Origin: an uncultured Acidimicrobiales bacterium
Lineage (GTDB): Bacteria; Actinomycetota; Acidimicrobiia; Acidimicrobiales; SHLQ01
Length of the DNA: 64,000 nucleotides
Direction: 5' to 3'
Assembly: GCA_938038815.1 (NCBI GenBank)
Contig: CALHTF010000059.1
Coordinates: forward strand, 15,023 to 79,022
Of this stretch, positions 16,395 through 27,066 are shown piece by piece. The notes below the pieces were generated by a model. That model did not search any database, was not told the DNA's origin, and saw nothing but the letters and a program-made list of their open reading frames with translations. Made by a program: the position numbers and the translations under genes. Every line of letters starts with the position of its first letter. Position 1 is the stretch's first letter.

Positions 16395-17522
16395 ATGTTT
16401 GAGATCCATGACACGTCGAGCCTTGCCGACCACCTCGATACTCACGGCACCCTCGACTGCACGGTGCTGCAGGGGCTCGATCTCGCCAACGACTCGATGC
16501 CGGTCGAGCAGCTGTGCCAGCTCGACTGGTCGGGAGCGACGATCCTCGGCGGGGTGATCCCCGACGATCTTCGCCTCGCCATGGTGTCGTCGGGCGCCAT
16601 CGTGTTGCCCCGCCTGCCGAACCTGCCGTTCCTCCCCTATCGCCCGCGCCTGTACGAGCTCGACGAGCTGATGGCCGGCTACAAGAAGGGCTCGACCGAC
16701 TCGATTCAGGCCACCACCGACTACCAGATCTACCTGCACGCCAAGCAGGTGCGAGACGCTGGCAAACACGCGTCGGTCATGAGCACCCTCTTCCAGCGCA
16801 TCCACGACCATGCCGTCGACGACGCCATGAACGACTTCTTGGTCGACCACGACCGGGTGGTCGCCATCATGGGCGGCCATGCCCTCAAACGCGACGAACA
16901 GAAGTACGCCGACGTGGTCGAACTCGGTCGACGACTGGCCCGCGAAAACGCTCTTGTGGTGAGCGGCGGTGGCCCAGGAGCGATGGAGGCGGCCAACCTG
17001 GGGGCCTGGCTCGCGCCGCACCCCGACACGGCCGCGGCCGAAGCGATCGCCACGCTCTCGGGCAACACCGACTATCGCACGGCCGAATATCTCGACCTTG
17101 GGTACGAGGTGCGTTCGGCGTTCCCCGATGGCGCCGCCAGCCTCGCCATTCCGACCTGGTTCTACGGCCACGAACCCACCAACCAGTTCGCAACCCATAT
17201 CGCCAAGTACTTCTCGAACAGCATCCGCGAAGACGGCCTGCTCGCCATTGCGACCCACGGTGTTGTGTTCACGCCCGGCTCGGCGGGCACGGTCCAGGAG
17301 ATCTTTCAGGACGCCACCCAAAACCACTACGCAACCTTCGAACACATTTCGCCGATGGTGTTCCTTGGCCGGGAGTACTGGACCAACAAGCTGCCAGTGA
17401 TGCCCCTTATCGAGGCGTTGTCGGCGGGCCGGCCCTACGCCGAGTTGATCGCCATGGTCGATACCCCCGACGAGGTGGTCGAGTTCTTAAACTCGCATCC
17501 TCCAATTCCAAGCCCCGAGTAA
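16395..17522 (+). CDS. LOG-family (Rossmann-fold) nucleotide-binding protein
   Basis: IMGGH, SGGGPGAMEAANLGA, IPTWFYGHEP, IAKYFSNSIREDGL, PGSAGTVQEIFQD. Confidence 0.88.
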   Translation: MFEIHDTSSLADHLDTHGTLDCTVLQGLDLANDSMPVEQLCQLDWSGATILGGVIPDDLRLAMVSSGAIVLPRLPNLPFLPYRPRLYELDELMAGYKKGSTDSIQATTDYQIYLHAKQVRDAGKHASVMSTLFQRIHDHAVDDAMNDFLVDHDRVVAIMGGHALKRDEQKYADVVELGRRLARENALVVSGGGPGAMEAANLGAWLAPHPDTAAAEAIATLSGNTDYRTAEYLDLGYEVRSAFPDGAASLAIPTWFYGHEPTNQFATHIAKYFSNSIREDGLLAIATHGVVFTPGSAGTVQEIFQDATQNHYATFEHISPMVFLGREYWTNKLPVMPLIEALSAGRPYAELIAMVDTPDEVVEFLNSHPPIPSPE

Positions 17523-17650
17523 CGCTCCATCCCAGCTCAGGCCAAAAAGGGTGGCTTTTGAGCGAGTGCGCTCTGATGGTTAGGTTCCCTCCAGGGGGTT
17601 TTTGGTCTTGGGTCGTCGATGCGACGCTTTTGGGCCCCTTGGGAGCAACT

Positions 17651-19081
17651 ATGAAACGTTCGTCGATAGCTCGACTGTTTGCGGTACTCGCAACCGCTGC
17701 GATGATCGCGACCGCGTGCAGCGAACCACTAGAGGAAGAGCAAGGCGCACCGGATAGCACCGCCGCGGCGCCGGCCTTGACGACTTCGCCCGCAACGGAA
17801 ACGACCGTCGAACCTTCCGACTCGCCCGACACCACCGTCGCTGCGGCCGACGATGCGCCAGTCGATGACGGGTCGGTGGTCTTTCGGTTCGCCGGAGAAG
17901 AGTGGTTCATGGGCACCGTTCCCAACCAAGCGGTGGCGGCCGACCCCGACGCCGAACCAATCCGACTCGGCATGCTCAACATCGAGAACGTCGACGGGTT
18001 CTCCTTCCCCGAACTGCGCGGCGCGGCCGAAGCCGCGGCCACCTTCGTCAACAACGAACTGGGCGGGGTCGGTGGGCGACCGATCGAGATCGTCCCATGC
18101 ATCACCAGTCTGAGCCCCGAGCAGTCCCAAACCTGTGCCCAAGAGCTCGTGCAAGAGGGTGTGGTGGCTCTGGTCGGCGGAATCGATGTGATGAGCCAAG
18201 GCTCGGTGCCAGTGCTCGAACAGAACGCCGTGCCCACCTTGGGCGGGATCCCGGCCGGGCTACCCGAAATGCAGTCAGGGGCGCACTTCTACTTCTCCGG
18301 CGGCACGCCTGGCGCCATGGCCGCCATGCTCGCCCACGCCGAAAAGAACGGTGCCGCGAGCGCCCTGATCGCCCACGCCGACCTCCCGTCGTTCAACGTG
18401 ATGGCGGCCGACTTCGCCAAACCGGTCGGCGAGTCGCTCGGCATGGACGTCGAGATCGTGAAATTCCCACTCATCGGCGCCGACATGCTTCCGGTACTGA
18501 CTGCGGCCGCCGACGCCGATGTCGACGCGCTGATCGTCAACGCAGCCGATACGGCGTGTATCCCCATCATGGAACTCGCCCAACAGCTTGAGCTTCGGGC
18601 GCAGGTCTACTTGGTCGGCGCGTGTGCAGCCCCCGAGATTCTCGACGAGGCCGGCGCGGCAGCGGGCGGCATTATCTTTAGCGGCGAAGGCCCGGCCGAC
18701 CCCAACGCCATCGGCGGCTCGATCTTCGATGCGGTCGTGGCCCAGTACGCAACCGGCCCGGCCGAAGCCGCTGGCACGGTTGCGTTCCGCGGGTTTATGA
18801 ACACCTACTGGGTGCTGACCGAACTGGGTGCCGACAACATCAGCGCCGACTCGATCACCGAGTTCATGCGCTCGACCGTCGACCGGCCGTCGTTCTGGGG
18901 CCACGCCTATACCTGTGATGGCCAGCGCATTCCTGGCCTGCCAGCGTTGTGTGCCCCTGAACAGGCGCTGTTCACCGCCACGGGCGTGCCCGGCGAGAAC
19001 ATCGTGTTCTTGCCTGAAGACTTCGCCGATACCGACGGCTGGATCGAAACCGACGACCTCTACGCCGACGCCCTTTCGTAG
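17651..19081 (+). CDS. ABC transporter substrate-binding lipoprotein (LivJ/Peripla_BP_6 type)
   Basis: GGGAG RBS + ATG 17651, lipobox IATAC, Thr/Pro linker, FVNNELGGVGGRPIE. Confidence 0.9.
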   Translation: MKRSSIARLFAVLATAAMIATACSEPLEEEQGAPDSTAAAPALTTSPATETTVEPSDSPDTTVAAADDAPVDDGSVVFRFAGEEWFMGTVPNQAVAADPDAEPIRLGMLNIENVDGFSFPELRGAAEAAATFVNNELGGVGGRPIEIVPCITSLSPEQSQTCAQELVQEGVVALVGGIDVMSQGSVPVLEQNAVPTLGGIPAGLPEMQSGAHFYFSGGTPGAMAAMLAHAEKNGAASALIAHADLPSFNVMAADFAKPVGESLGMDVEIVKFPLIGADMLPVLTAAADADVDALIVNAADTACIPIMELAQQLELRAQVYLVGACAAPEILDEAGAAAGGIIFSGEGPADPNAIGGSIFDAVVAQYATGPAEAAGTVAFRGFMNTYWVLTELGADNISADSITEFMRSTVDRPSFWGHAYTCDGQRIPGLPALCAPEQALFTATGVPGENIVFLPEDFADTDGWIETDDLYADALS

Positions 19082-19086
19082 GTGCG

Positions 19087-21024
19087 ATGTCGCATCTGAC
19101 CTTTCTTATCGTCGGTCTCGGCAGCGGCGCGGTCATCGCGGCTCTCGGGGTCGGTGTGGTGGTCGCCCACCGGGTTAGTCGGGTGGTCAACTTCGCTCAT
19201 GCGGCAATGGGCATGTACATCGCCTTTGTCTTCTACGAACTGCGAGCCACCGGCGACGCGGTCCTACCGATCTTGGGCTTGCCTGCCCGGGTGCCACTGG
19301 TACCCCGGCCAACGGTCGCTACAGCGTTCATTTTGTCGATGGTGATCGCCGCCATTGTTGGGGCGCTGATCTATCTGTTGATCTTTCGACCCTTGCGCAC
19401 CGCGCCCGCGCTCGCCCGGGTGGTGGCCTCGCTGGGCTTGTTCGTGTACCTCATCGCGATCGTTGGCTTGCGGTTCGCATCCGAGACCGGCGCGTCGCGC
19501 ACCCTCGACGGCCCCCTCCCCGACCACCTGATCACCTGGGGCTCGGTTCGGGTGCCGGCCGATCGTTATCTGCTGGCGGCGATCGTGATCGGGGCAGCCG
19601 CCGTGCTGTCGGCCGGGTATCGGTACACCCGTTTCGGGCTGGCCACCCGGGCCGTGGCGGGCAACGAACGCGGGGCAACGCTGATGGGAATCTCGCCCAA
19701 TGCGGTCGGCGTGGCCAACTGGGTTATCGCCACCATGCTGGCTGGAGCGGCCATGATCCTCGCCGCTCCCGTCGTGCGACTTGAGCCAACCACCACCAGC
19801 TTGCTCATCGTGCCGGCGGTCGCTGCAGCGCTGCCGGGCCGCTTCAACTCGGTATGGGCGACCGTGCTCACCGGGCTCGCCATCGGCATGGTCCAGACCG
19901 AAATTCTGCACCTGCAAACCCAGTGGGAATGGCTGCCCAACGTGGGCCTACAACAGGGCATCCCGCTGCTAATCGTGCTCATCACGTTGGCGGTGCGAGG
20001 CGAGGTATTGCCCGACCGTGCGGCCCTACAAACCTCGAGCCTGCCGTTAGCCGGCGATACTCGGCGGGTGCCGCTCGCGGCCGGGGTGTTGTTGGTCATT
20101 GGACTCGTGGCCGCGACGTTCGTCGGCTCGGAGTGGCGGTCGGGAATCATCGTGAGCGCCATCGCCACCATCGTTGCCCTCTCGGTGGTGGTGGTCACCG
20201 GCTACGTCGGGCAAATCTCGCTAGCCACCTTCGCGATCGCGGGCTTGGCCGCTTTCGGCATGGTGCGCTTGGGTGAGGCGTGGAACCTGCCGTTTCCGCT
20301 CGCCCCGATCGCCGGAATCGTGGTGGCTGTGTTGGCCGGAATGATCGCTGCATTGCCAGCAGTGCGGGTGCGAGGCCTCAACCTGGCGATCGCCACGTTG
20401 GCCGGCGCGGTGGCAGTCGAAGAGTTGGTCTTTAAATGGTCGTGGTTCACCGGCGGACTCGAAGGGGCACGGGCCGAGTCGCCCACCCTCTTCGGCCTCG
20501 ATCTCGGCATCACCGCACTAGGCGACGCGTTTCCCCGTCGAACCTTCGTGGTGTTGACCTTGCTAGCTGCCGCCTTGGCTCTCGTGATGGTCGGCAACCT
20601 CCGCCGCGGTACAACCGGACGGCGTTGGCTAGCCGTGCGAGCCAACGAACGAGCGGCCGCCGCAGCCGGCATCTCGGTATCGGGCGTCAAGCTTTCGGCA
20701 TTCGCTATCTCGAGCGCGCTTGCCGGAACCGCCGGGGTGCTGCTTGCCTATCAGCGCACGATCGTATCGCCTGGCTCGTTCGGGGTCATCGATTCGCTCG
20801 TGGCGGTAGCTATCGCCTACCTCGCCGGCATCGCCACCCCGGTCGGGGCAGTTGTGGCCGGGGTATTAGCCACTGGCGGCCTACTGACGGTCGCCCTCGA
20901 CGCACTCAGCGACAACGCGTCGTCGTATCAATTCGCGGTGAACGGTCTGTTGCTGATCGTCGCCGCAGTGAAGTTCCCGCAAGGAATCGTCGGCGTACGC
21001 GCCGCAATCGGACAAAACAAGTGA
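19087..21024 (+). CDS. Fused LivH-LivM type ABC permease
   Basis: VVNFAHAAMGM, TRFGLATRAVA, TGYVGQISLA, RVRGLNLAIATL, GRRWLAVRANE. Confidence 0.93.
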   Translation: MSHLTFLIVGLGSGAVIAALGVGVVVAHRVSRVVNFAHAAMGMYIAFVFYELRATGDAVLPILGLPARVPLVPRPTVATAFILSMVIAAIVGALIYLLIFRPLRTAPALARVVASLGLFVYLIAIVGLRFASETGASRTLDGPLPDHLITWGSVRVPADRYLLAAIVIGAAAVLSAGYRYTRFGLATRAVAGNERGATLMGISPNAVGVANWVIATMLAGAAMILAAPVVRLEPTTTSLLIVPAVAAALPGRFNSVWATVLTGLAIGMVQTEILHLQTQWEWLPNVGLQQGIPLLIVLITLAVRGEVLPDRAALQTSSLPLAGDTRRVPLAAGVLLVIGLVAATFVGSEWRSGIIVSAIATIVALSVVVVTGYVGQISLATFAIAGLAAFGMVRLGEAWNLPFPLAPIAGIVVAVLAGMIAALPAVRVRGLNLAIATLAGAVAVEELVFKWSWFTGGLEGARAESPTLFGLDLGITALGDAFPRRTFVVLTLLAAALALVMVGNLRRGTTGRRWLAVRANERAAAAAGISVSGVKLSAFAISSALAGTAGVLLAYQRTIVSPGSFGVIDSLVAVAIAYLAGIATPVGAVVAGVLATGGLLTVALDALSDNASSYQFAVNGLLLIVAAVKFPQGIVGVRAAIGQNK

Positions 21025-21031
21025 GGATCCC

Positions 21032-22591
21032 ATGGCACTAACAACCAAACCCTTTGCCGCAAGCAAGGGAAGCGAGATGGCCCTAGCCGACGAGACAACG
21101 TTGCGTACCTGGAGCGAACTCGACGCGCGGGTCAACCAATTGGTGCACGCGTTGCAAGGCGCCGGACTCAAACCCGGCGATACGGCGGCCATCGTCTCCG
21201 GCAATCGGGTCGAGTGGTTTGAGCTGACCCTGGCGTGCGCCCACTCAGGCGTGATCTTCGTACCGGTCAACTGGCACCTGGTCGCACCCGAGATGGCCTA
21301 CATCTTCGGCGACTCTGGCGCGAAGGCGGTATTCGCCGGCGAGCGGTACATCGACATCGTGGCCGAGGCGCTAACCGACGAGCGATGCAGCAACGTCGAG
21401 CTGAAGGTAGCCATCGGCGACGGCGGAGACCACGGCATGGTCCCGTTTGAGGAGTTCGTGGCCACCGGCTCGGCCGACGAACCCGAAACCCAAGTCCTCG
21501 GCGGCCCGATGTTCTACACCTCGGGTACCACCGGCAACCCCAAAGGGGTCCGCAGCGGGCTCTCGTTCATGGGCCCCGAAACCAGCCCCGAAATGTGGCT
21601 GCTGGTCGGCGGCGGCTTCACCGAGCCGCTACCCACCGAGGGCACCACCGTGTTGTGCGGCCCCTGTTATCACTCGGCTCAGTGGGCGTACTCGTTCATC
21701 CCGCTGTTGGTGGGTTCGTCGGTCGTCATGCAACACAAGTACGACAGTACTGGCCTGCTCGAGCTGATCGACACCCACCGCTGCACCAACGTGCACCTCG
21801 TACCGACCCAGATGAAACGCCTCATGGATCTACCCGACGACGTGAAGGCCAGCTACGACGGCTCGTCGATGGAGTACGTGATCCATGGCGCGGCACCGTG
21901 CCCGCCGGCGGTCAAGCGTTCGCTTATCGACTGGTGGGGCCCAAAGATCAGCGAGTACTACGGCTCGACCGAAGGGTCGATCATCTCGATCGTCAGCAGC
22001 GAGGAGTGGCTCGAACGGGGCGGCAGCGTCGGCAAACCCCAGCCCACGATCGAGATCATGGTGGTCGGCGAAAACGGCGAGCACCTCGGTCCGAACGAGT
22101 CGGGCACGCTCTACTTCCGCAACCTGATGGGCATGGACTTCGAGTACCACAACGCCCCCGAAAAAACGGCCGACGCCCACCTCGAACCAGGGGTGTTCAC
22201 CACCGGCGACGTCGGGTACCTCGACGACGACGGCTACCTGTGGCTTAGCGATCGCAAGATCGACATGATCATCTCCGGCGGTGTCAACATCTACCCCGCC
22301 GAGATCGAGGGCGCCCTCGGTGGCCATCCCGATGTGGCCGACGTTGCGGTGATCGGCGTTCCGAACGACGAGTTCGGTGAAGAGGTCAAGGCCGTCGTCG
22401 TGCCGACCTCGGGCGTGGGCGACGACGACCTGCGGGCCGTCCTCGGCGAGTTCTGTCGTACCAACCTGGCCGGCTACAAGGTGCCTCGGTCGTTCGACTT
22501 CCTCGACGCCCTCCCCCGTACCGGCACCGGCAAGGTCCAAAAGCGCAAGCTTCGCGATCCGTACTGGGAAGGCATCGACCGGTCGATCTAA
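21032..22591 (+). CDS. Acyl-CoA synthetase / AMP-binding protein
   Basis: YTSGTTGNPKG, EYYGSTEG, TGDVGYLD, SGGVNIYPAEIE, PRTGTGK. Confidence 0.95.
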   Translation: MALTTKPFAASKGSEMALADETTLRTWSELDARVNQLVHALQGAGLKPGDTAAIVSGNRVEWFELTLACAHSGVIFVPVNWHLVAPEMAYIFGDSGAKAVFAGERYIDIVAEALTDERCSNVELKVAIGDGGDHGMVPFEEFVATGSADEPETQVLGGPMFYTSGTTGNPKGVRSGLSFMGPETSPEMWLLVGGGFTEPLPTEGTTVLCGPCYHSAQWAYSFIPLLVGSSVVMQHKYDSTGLLELIDTHRCTNVHLVPTQMKRLMDLPDDVKASYDGSSMEYVIHGAAPCPPAVKRSLIDWWGPKISEYYGSTEGSIISIVSSEEWLERGGSVGKPQPTIEIMVVGENGEHLGPNESGTLYFRNLMGMDFEYHNAPEKTADAHLEPGVFTTGDVGYLDDDGYLWLSDRKIDMIISGGVNIYPAEIEGALGGHPDVADVAVIGVPNDEFGEEVKAVVVPTSGVGDDDLRAVLGEFCRTNLAGYKVPRSFDFLDALPRTGTGKVQKRKLRDPYWEGIDRSI

Positions 22592-22594
22592 CCC

Positions 22595-23356
22595 ATGGCA
22601 CTCCTGGAAACCAACGGCCTCACCGTCACGTTCGGCGGCTTGCACGCCAACGACGGCATCGACATCTCGGTCGAACGCGGCCGTTTTGTCGGGCTGATTG
22701 GCCCCAACGGTGCCGGCAAGACCACCTTCATCGACGCCATCACCGGGTTCGTGCCCATCTCCGACGGCACCGTTCGCTTCGCCGGCGAGCTGTTCACGAC
22801 TGTCGCCCCGCACGAACGGGCCCGTCGCGGGTTGTCCCGCACCTTCCAGCAACTCGAGCTCTTCGAGGACCTCACGGTCGAAGACAATCTGCTCGCGGCG
22901 GCCGAAACCCCAACCTGGACCGACGTGCTACTCGACATCGTTCGCCCCGGCCGGGTATCGCCCCATCAGGGCGACGTCGAGTGGGCGCTCGAAACGGTGG
23001 GGCTCGCCGAGTCGCTCAAGGCCTTCCCAAGCGACCTTTCGCACGGCCAACGCAAGCTCGTGGGCGTAGCCCGAGCGTTGGCTGCTCGCCCCCAACTCGT
23101 GCTGCTCGACGAGCCCGCCGCCGGACTCGATACAACCGAGAGCCAAGAGATCGGCGGCCGACTGCGCGGGCTGCTCGACCACGACGTCTCTGTCTTGTTG
23201 ATCGACCACGACATGGGCCTGGTGCTGAACGTGTGCGACGAGGTGTACGTGCTCGACTTTGGCGGGGTGATCGCCCACGGTACCCCGGCCGAGATCCGCA
23301 CCAACCCGCGGGTGGTCGCCGCCTACTTGGGCGCCGAGGCGGAGCAGTCGTCGTGA
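22595..23356 (+). CDS. ABC ATP-binding protein (LivG-like)
   Basis: GPNGAGKT, RTFQ, LSHGQ, LLDEPAAG, IDHDM. Confidence 0.95.
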   Translation: MALLETNGLTVTFGGLHANDGIDISVERGRFVGLIGPNGAGKTTFIDAITGFVPISDGTVRFAGELFTTVAPHERARRGLSRTFQQLELFEDLTVEDNLLAAAETPTWTDVLLDIVRPGRVSPHQGDVEWALETVGLAESLKAFPSDLSHGQRKLVGVARALAARPQLVLLDEPAAGLDTTESQEIGGRLRGLLDHDVSVLLIDHDMGLVLNVCDEVYVLDFGGVIAHGTPAEIRTNPRVVAAYLGAEAEQSS

Positions 23357-24075
23357 CCGAACCGTTGCTGAGCGCCGAGAACCTGTCGACCGGCTATGCC
23401 GGGGTGCCCGTGGTTCGTGGCGTTTCGCTCAGCGTGTCGGCGGGAGAGGTTGTGGCGTTGCTTGGCCCGAACGGGGCCGGCAAAACCACCACACTGCTCG
23501 CCATTTCCGGGCTGCTACCCGTGCTCGACGGAGCGGTCACGGTGCTGGGCGAACAGGTCGACGAAAAGGCCCCGTTCAAGAACGCCCGCCGAGGCATGGC
23601 CCACGTTGCCGAAAACCGGTCGCTGTTCAACGACCTCACCGTCGCCGAGAACCTTCGGCTCGGAATCACCGGCCCGAAATCCGACCGAGCCCAGTCGCTC
23701 GACCTGGTGCTGGCCCGCTTCCCCGAACTCGAACCAACGATGGACCGAAAGGCCGGTTTGTTGTCGGGCGGCGAACAACAGATGCTTGCCATGGCCCGGG
23801 CCTTGGCGTCGCGACCCAAGCTTTTGCTGGTCGATGAGATGAGCCTCGGCCTGGCGCCGATCATCGTTGAGCGGATGTTGCCGATCGTGCGCGATGTGGC
23901 CGACGAATTGGGCACCGGGGTGTTGATGGTGGAACAGCACATCCACATGGCGTTAGGGATCGCCGACCGGGCCTACCTACTCAACCACGGCGAACTCGTC
24001 CTTGAGGGCAACGCCGCCGAACTGGCCGACCGGCCAGAACTACTCGAAGCCAGTTACCTAGGAGACAGCTCGTGA
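23353..24075 (+). CDS. ABC ATP-binding protein (LivF-like)
   Basis: GTGA overlap at 23353; GPNGAGKT, LSGGEQQM, VDEMSLGLAP, VEQH. Confidence 0.95.
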   Translation: MTEPLLSAENLSTGYAGVPVVRGVSLSVSAGEVVALLGPNGAGKTTTLLAISGLLPVLDGAVTVLGEQVDEKAPFKNARRGMAHVAENRSLFNDLTVAENLRLGITGPKSDRAQSLDLVLARFPELEPTMDRKAGLLSGGEQQMLAMARALASRPKLLLVDEMSLGLAPIIVERMLPIVRDVADELGTGVLMVEQHIHMALGIADRAYLLNHGELVLEGNAAELADRPELLEASYLGDSS

Positions 24076-25523
24076 CCGACACACAAAAGATTGAGCCAAC
24101 CAACACGTGGGACACCCCACATCTGCAGGGACTCATGGCGCCAGTGTTCGACGAACGCGACGACGATGACCTCACCGTGGAGGGTGAACTTCCAGCCGCC
24201 CTCGACGGCATGTTTCTTCGCAACGGCCCAAACCCGCAGTTCGCACCGCTGGGTGCGTATCACCCCTTCGACGGTGACGCGATGCTGCACGCCGTCTATC
24301 TCAAGGACGGTAAGGCTCGGTACCGCAACCGGTGGCTCGAGTCGAAAGGCCTCCTAGCCGAACGGGCGCGAGGCAAGGCGTGTTACGGCGGAATGAGCAA
24401 CTACCAAATGCCCGAGCCCGACGTGATGGCTGAGGGCGGCATGTTGAAAAACACCGGCAACACGGCAACGGTGCGCCACGCTGGCCGCTACTTCGGGCTA
24501 CTGGAGGCCGGGCCGCCGACCGAGTTCAACCTTGAACTCGAAACGCTCGGCGAATACGACTTCGGCGGCCGGTTGGCTGGCCCCATGACCGCACACCCCA
24601 AGGTCGATCCGGTCACCCGCGAGATGATCTTTTTCGGGTACAGCCCAATGGAGCCGTACCTGCGCTACCACGAGGTCAGCCCGACCGGCGAGCTCACCCA
24701 TAGCGCCGAACTCGACATCCCCAACCCGGTCATGATGCACGACTTCGTACTCACCGAGAACTACGCCATCTTCTTCGACGCCCCAGCGATCTTCGACCTC
24801 GACGCGCTGCTCAACGGTCGCGAGCCAATGAAGTGGCGACCCGACTCCGGAACCCGGATCGGCGTTGTACCTCGCGGCGGCACGAGCGGTGACGCTCGCT
24901 GGTTCGAGATGGATAACTGCTACGTCGTGCACTTCTTCAACGCCTTCGAGACAACCACCGACGCTGGCAAAACGATCGAGGTACGAGCACCACGGATGGC
25001 CGATATGCCGGGCGGGTTCGAGTTCGAACAACCCGGCGGGGCGAGCGAACCAATGCCATGGAAGTGGGTGCTCAACCTTGACACCGGTGTGGTTACCGAC
25101 GAACAGACCGACGACTTGGCGGGCGAGTTCCCTCGTATCAACGAGCACTACCTCGGCCGTAAGGCTCGGTACGGCTATGAATGCCCAGCCCGTAGCTGGG
25201 AGTTCGACTTCGACTTTTGCGGGGTGGTCAAATACGACTTCGAGCAGAACACCTCCGAAGTCTACAACTACGCCGATTCACAGGTCAGCGGCGAACACGC
25301 CTTTGTTCCCGACCCAAACGGCCAGGCCGAAGACGACGGCTGGCTCATGAGCTTTGTCACCGACCGGGCGACCGAAACTTCCGAGCTGGCGATCATCGAC
25401 GCCCGCGACGTGTCGGCCGGGCCTATCGCCCGCGTGCAGATGGCGGCTCGAGTTCCCCTTGGCTTTCATGCCAACTGGTTCGCCACCGAGCCAACCAAAC
25501 TGAATCAGGTGTCTGACACCTGA
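24072..25523 (+). CDS. Carotenoid cleavage oxygenase family protein 1
   Basis: RNGPNP, HPFDGDAM; four Fe-ligand His (TAHPK, MMHDF, VVHFFN, GFHANW); EFPRIN, EDDGW. Confidence 0.95.
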   Translation: MTDTQKIEPTNTWDTPHLQGLMAPVFDERDDDDLTVEGELPAALDGMFLRNGPNPQFAPLGAYHPFDGDAMLHAVYLKDGKARYRNRWLESKGLLAERARGKACYGGMSNYQMPEPDVMAEGGMLKNTGNTATVRHAGRYFGLLEAGPPTEFNLELETLGEYDFGGRLAGPMTAHPKVDPVTREMIFFGYSPMEPYLRYHEVSPTGELTHSAELDIPNPVMMHDFVLTENYAIFFDAPAIFDLDALLNGREPMKWRPDSGTRIGVVPRGGTSGDARWFEMDNCYVVHFFNAFETTTDAGKTIEVRAPRMADMPGGFEFEQPGGASEPMPWKWVLNLDTGVVTDEQTDDLAGEFPRINEHYLGRKARYGYECPARSWEFDFDFCGVVKYDFEQNTSEVYNYADSQVSGEHAFVPDPNGQAEDDGWLMSFVTDRATETSELAIIDARDVSAGPIARVQMAARVPLGFHANWFATEPTKLNQVSDT

Positions 25524-25532
25524 TTCAGTTTG
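25496..25532. repeat. Perfect 37-bp palindrome between convergent CCO genes (REP-like or bidirectional terminator)
   Basis: CAAACTGAATCAGGTGTC-T-GACACCTGATTCAGTTTG; contains the CCO1 stop codon. Confidence 0.85.
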
Positions 25533-25545
25533 AGGGCAGGAACCG

Positions 25546-27015
25546 CTAGCGAGCGTCGTTGAGCATGACCTTGTCGTGCCAGAACCCGTGGAACTGGTGC
25601 GGTAAGTGGTGCTTCAGTTTGAGGGTAGCGACCGGCTCGGCGATGTCGGCCGCCCGGAAGATCATCAACGAACTGTTGTGCTCGTGCGCGTTGTAGACCA
25701 CCTCAAAGAGGTAGCCATCCTGGTCCGCGTTTGAGTTCTTCGACGGCGCAAACAGCGGCTCCGAACCGAAGTAGCCGGGCGCAAGGGTGTTGAGCTGAAT
25801 GTCGCCGTCGAAGTCGACTCGCTGGAAGCCATTGAAGAAGCTGTTGTGTCCGTTCTCGACCGACACCGCTGAGTAGGTCGCTTCGTGCTTTTGGCCGGCG
25901 ACTGTTTGGTTGAAGGTCGGAAACTCCGAGTTGGTCGGGCTCATGACCTCGTGCGACATCTCGCCGCTGGCCATGTTCAACCGGTACCGGCGGAATTCGC
26001 CGCCCCGCAATTCTTTGGCGTTGAACACATCGCTCAGTGCATCGTTGGCCACAAAGTTGTCGGCGAACATCGCGTCGACCACCACCTCGTCGCCATCCTC
26101 GAAGGCATTACCGAAGTGGATGATCGCGCCGGCTCCGGTCTCGAACTTGCGAACCTCTTGCATCGTGTCGAGGTCGACCACCGAAACGGTCATGGGGATC
26201 GACGGGTCGAACCCGATGCCATCGCCGATGGTGCGCTGGCCGAGCATTACCGGGCCGATCGAACCCATGCTGATCGAGCCCACGAAGAAGATGGCGTACT
26301 TGCCCGACACGGCGAAGTCGTGGGCGAACGGGAAGTGCTCGATCGGTAACTGGCCGAACTTCTTCACCTTGCCCGCTGAGTCGATACGGAAGATGTTGAA
26401 GCACATCTTGGGGCCGTTCTTGTCGTACCCCAGCGAACCGGCACCAAAGTTGACCCAGTCGCCCGTTTGCCCCAGGTAGTGACCGTGGGCGCTGAACACC
26501 ATGCTTCGTTTCAGGCCGCCGTCGTAGGTGTATTCACCATGGGTTTCAAGCGTGGTGGCGTCGACATGGAACGGCCGGCCGCCTTCGTACAGGGTCAGCA
26601 GTTTCCCGCCGTGGTACACCAGGTTGGTGTTGGACGGGTTGGCTGGCATGCGGCCAACGTTCTTGAGGATCCCGCCCGGGATCTGGGTTCCGAACCCGCG
26701 GTAGCAGATCTGTTGTTTGGCCGTTTCCTTCACGTACTTGGGCGTGCGCACGTAGCGGTTAGCGAAGTGAACCTTGCCTTCGTCGATCGAAAACACGCTG
26801 AGCATGCCGCAGCCATCGAACCAGTGGCCATACTTCTGGTCGCCGATCATCTGACGGCCGGGACCATTGCGGTAGAAGGTGCCCTGAAGGTCGGCCGGCA
26901 CTGTCCCTTCGACATCGTCGAGCCAGTAGCTGTGCTCCTCGTCAAGGTTAGCCAAACCACCGTGCATGGTTGGGGCGGCGGTTGTGCTTACCGATGCGTC
27001 TTCGATGGTGGTCAT
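25546..27015 (-). CDS. Carotenoid cleavage oxygenase family protein 2 (divergent subtype)
   Basis: YRNGPG, HWFDGCGM; His ligands in SAHGH, FAHDF, IIHFGN, QFHGFW; SEPLF. Confidence 0.93.
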   Translation of the reverse strand: MTTIEDASVSTTAAPTMHGGLANLDEEHSYWLDDVEGTVPADLQGTFYRNGPGRQMIGDQKYGHWFDGCGMLSVFSIDEGKVHFANRYVRTPKYVKETAKQQICYRGFGTQIPGGILKNVGRMPANPSNTNLVYHGGKLLTLYEGGRPFHVDATTLETHGEYTYDGGLKRSMVFSAHGHYLGQTGDWVNFGAGSLGYDKNGPKMCFNIFRIDSAGKVKKFGQLPIEHFPFAHDFAVSGKYAIFFVGSISMGSIGPVMLGQRTIGDGIGFDPSIPMTVSVVDLDTMQEVRKFETGAGAIIHFGNAFEDGDEVVVDAMFADNFVANDALSDVFNAKELRGGEFRRYRLNMASGEMSHEVMSPTNSEFPTFNQTVAGQKHEATYSAVSVENGHNSFFNGFQRVDFDGDIQLNTLAPGYFGSEPLFAPSKNSNADQDGYLFEVVYNAHEHNSSLMIFRAADIAEPVATLKLKHHLPHQFHGFWHDKVMLNDAR

Positions 27016-27066
27016 AGTTCCTTCTTACAGGGCGTGCCGCTCAGGTCAAAGAACTTCGAGCGGTTG

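Noticed and set aside
16514-17650. 855-aa ORF suggesting a large fusion or overlapping gene
   Set aside because: The N-terminal part is an Arg/Pro-rich off-frame read of the LOG gene; the real lipoprotein starts at 17651 with an RBS and signal peptide
17523-17650. Riboswitch ahead of the ABC operon
   Set aside because: Short hairpins are possible, but I recognise no aptamer consensus; an Infernal/Rfam search would be needed
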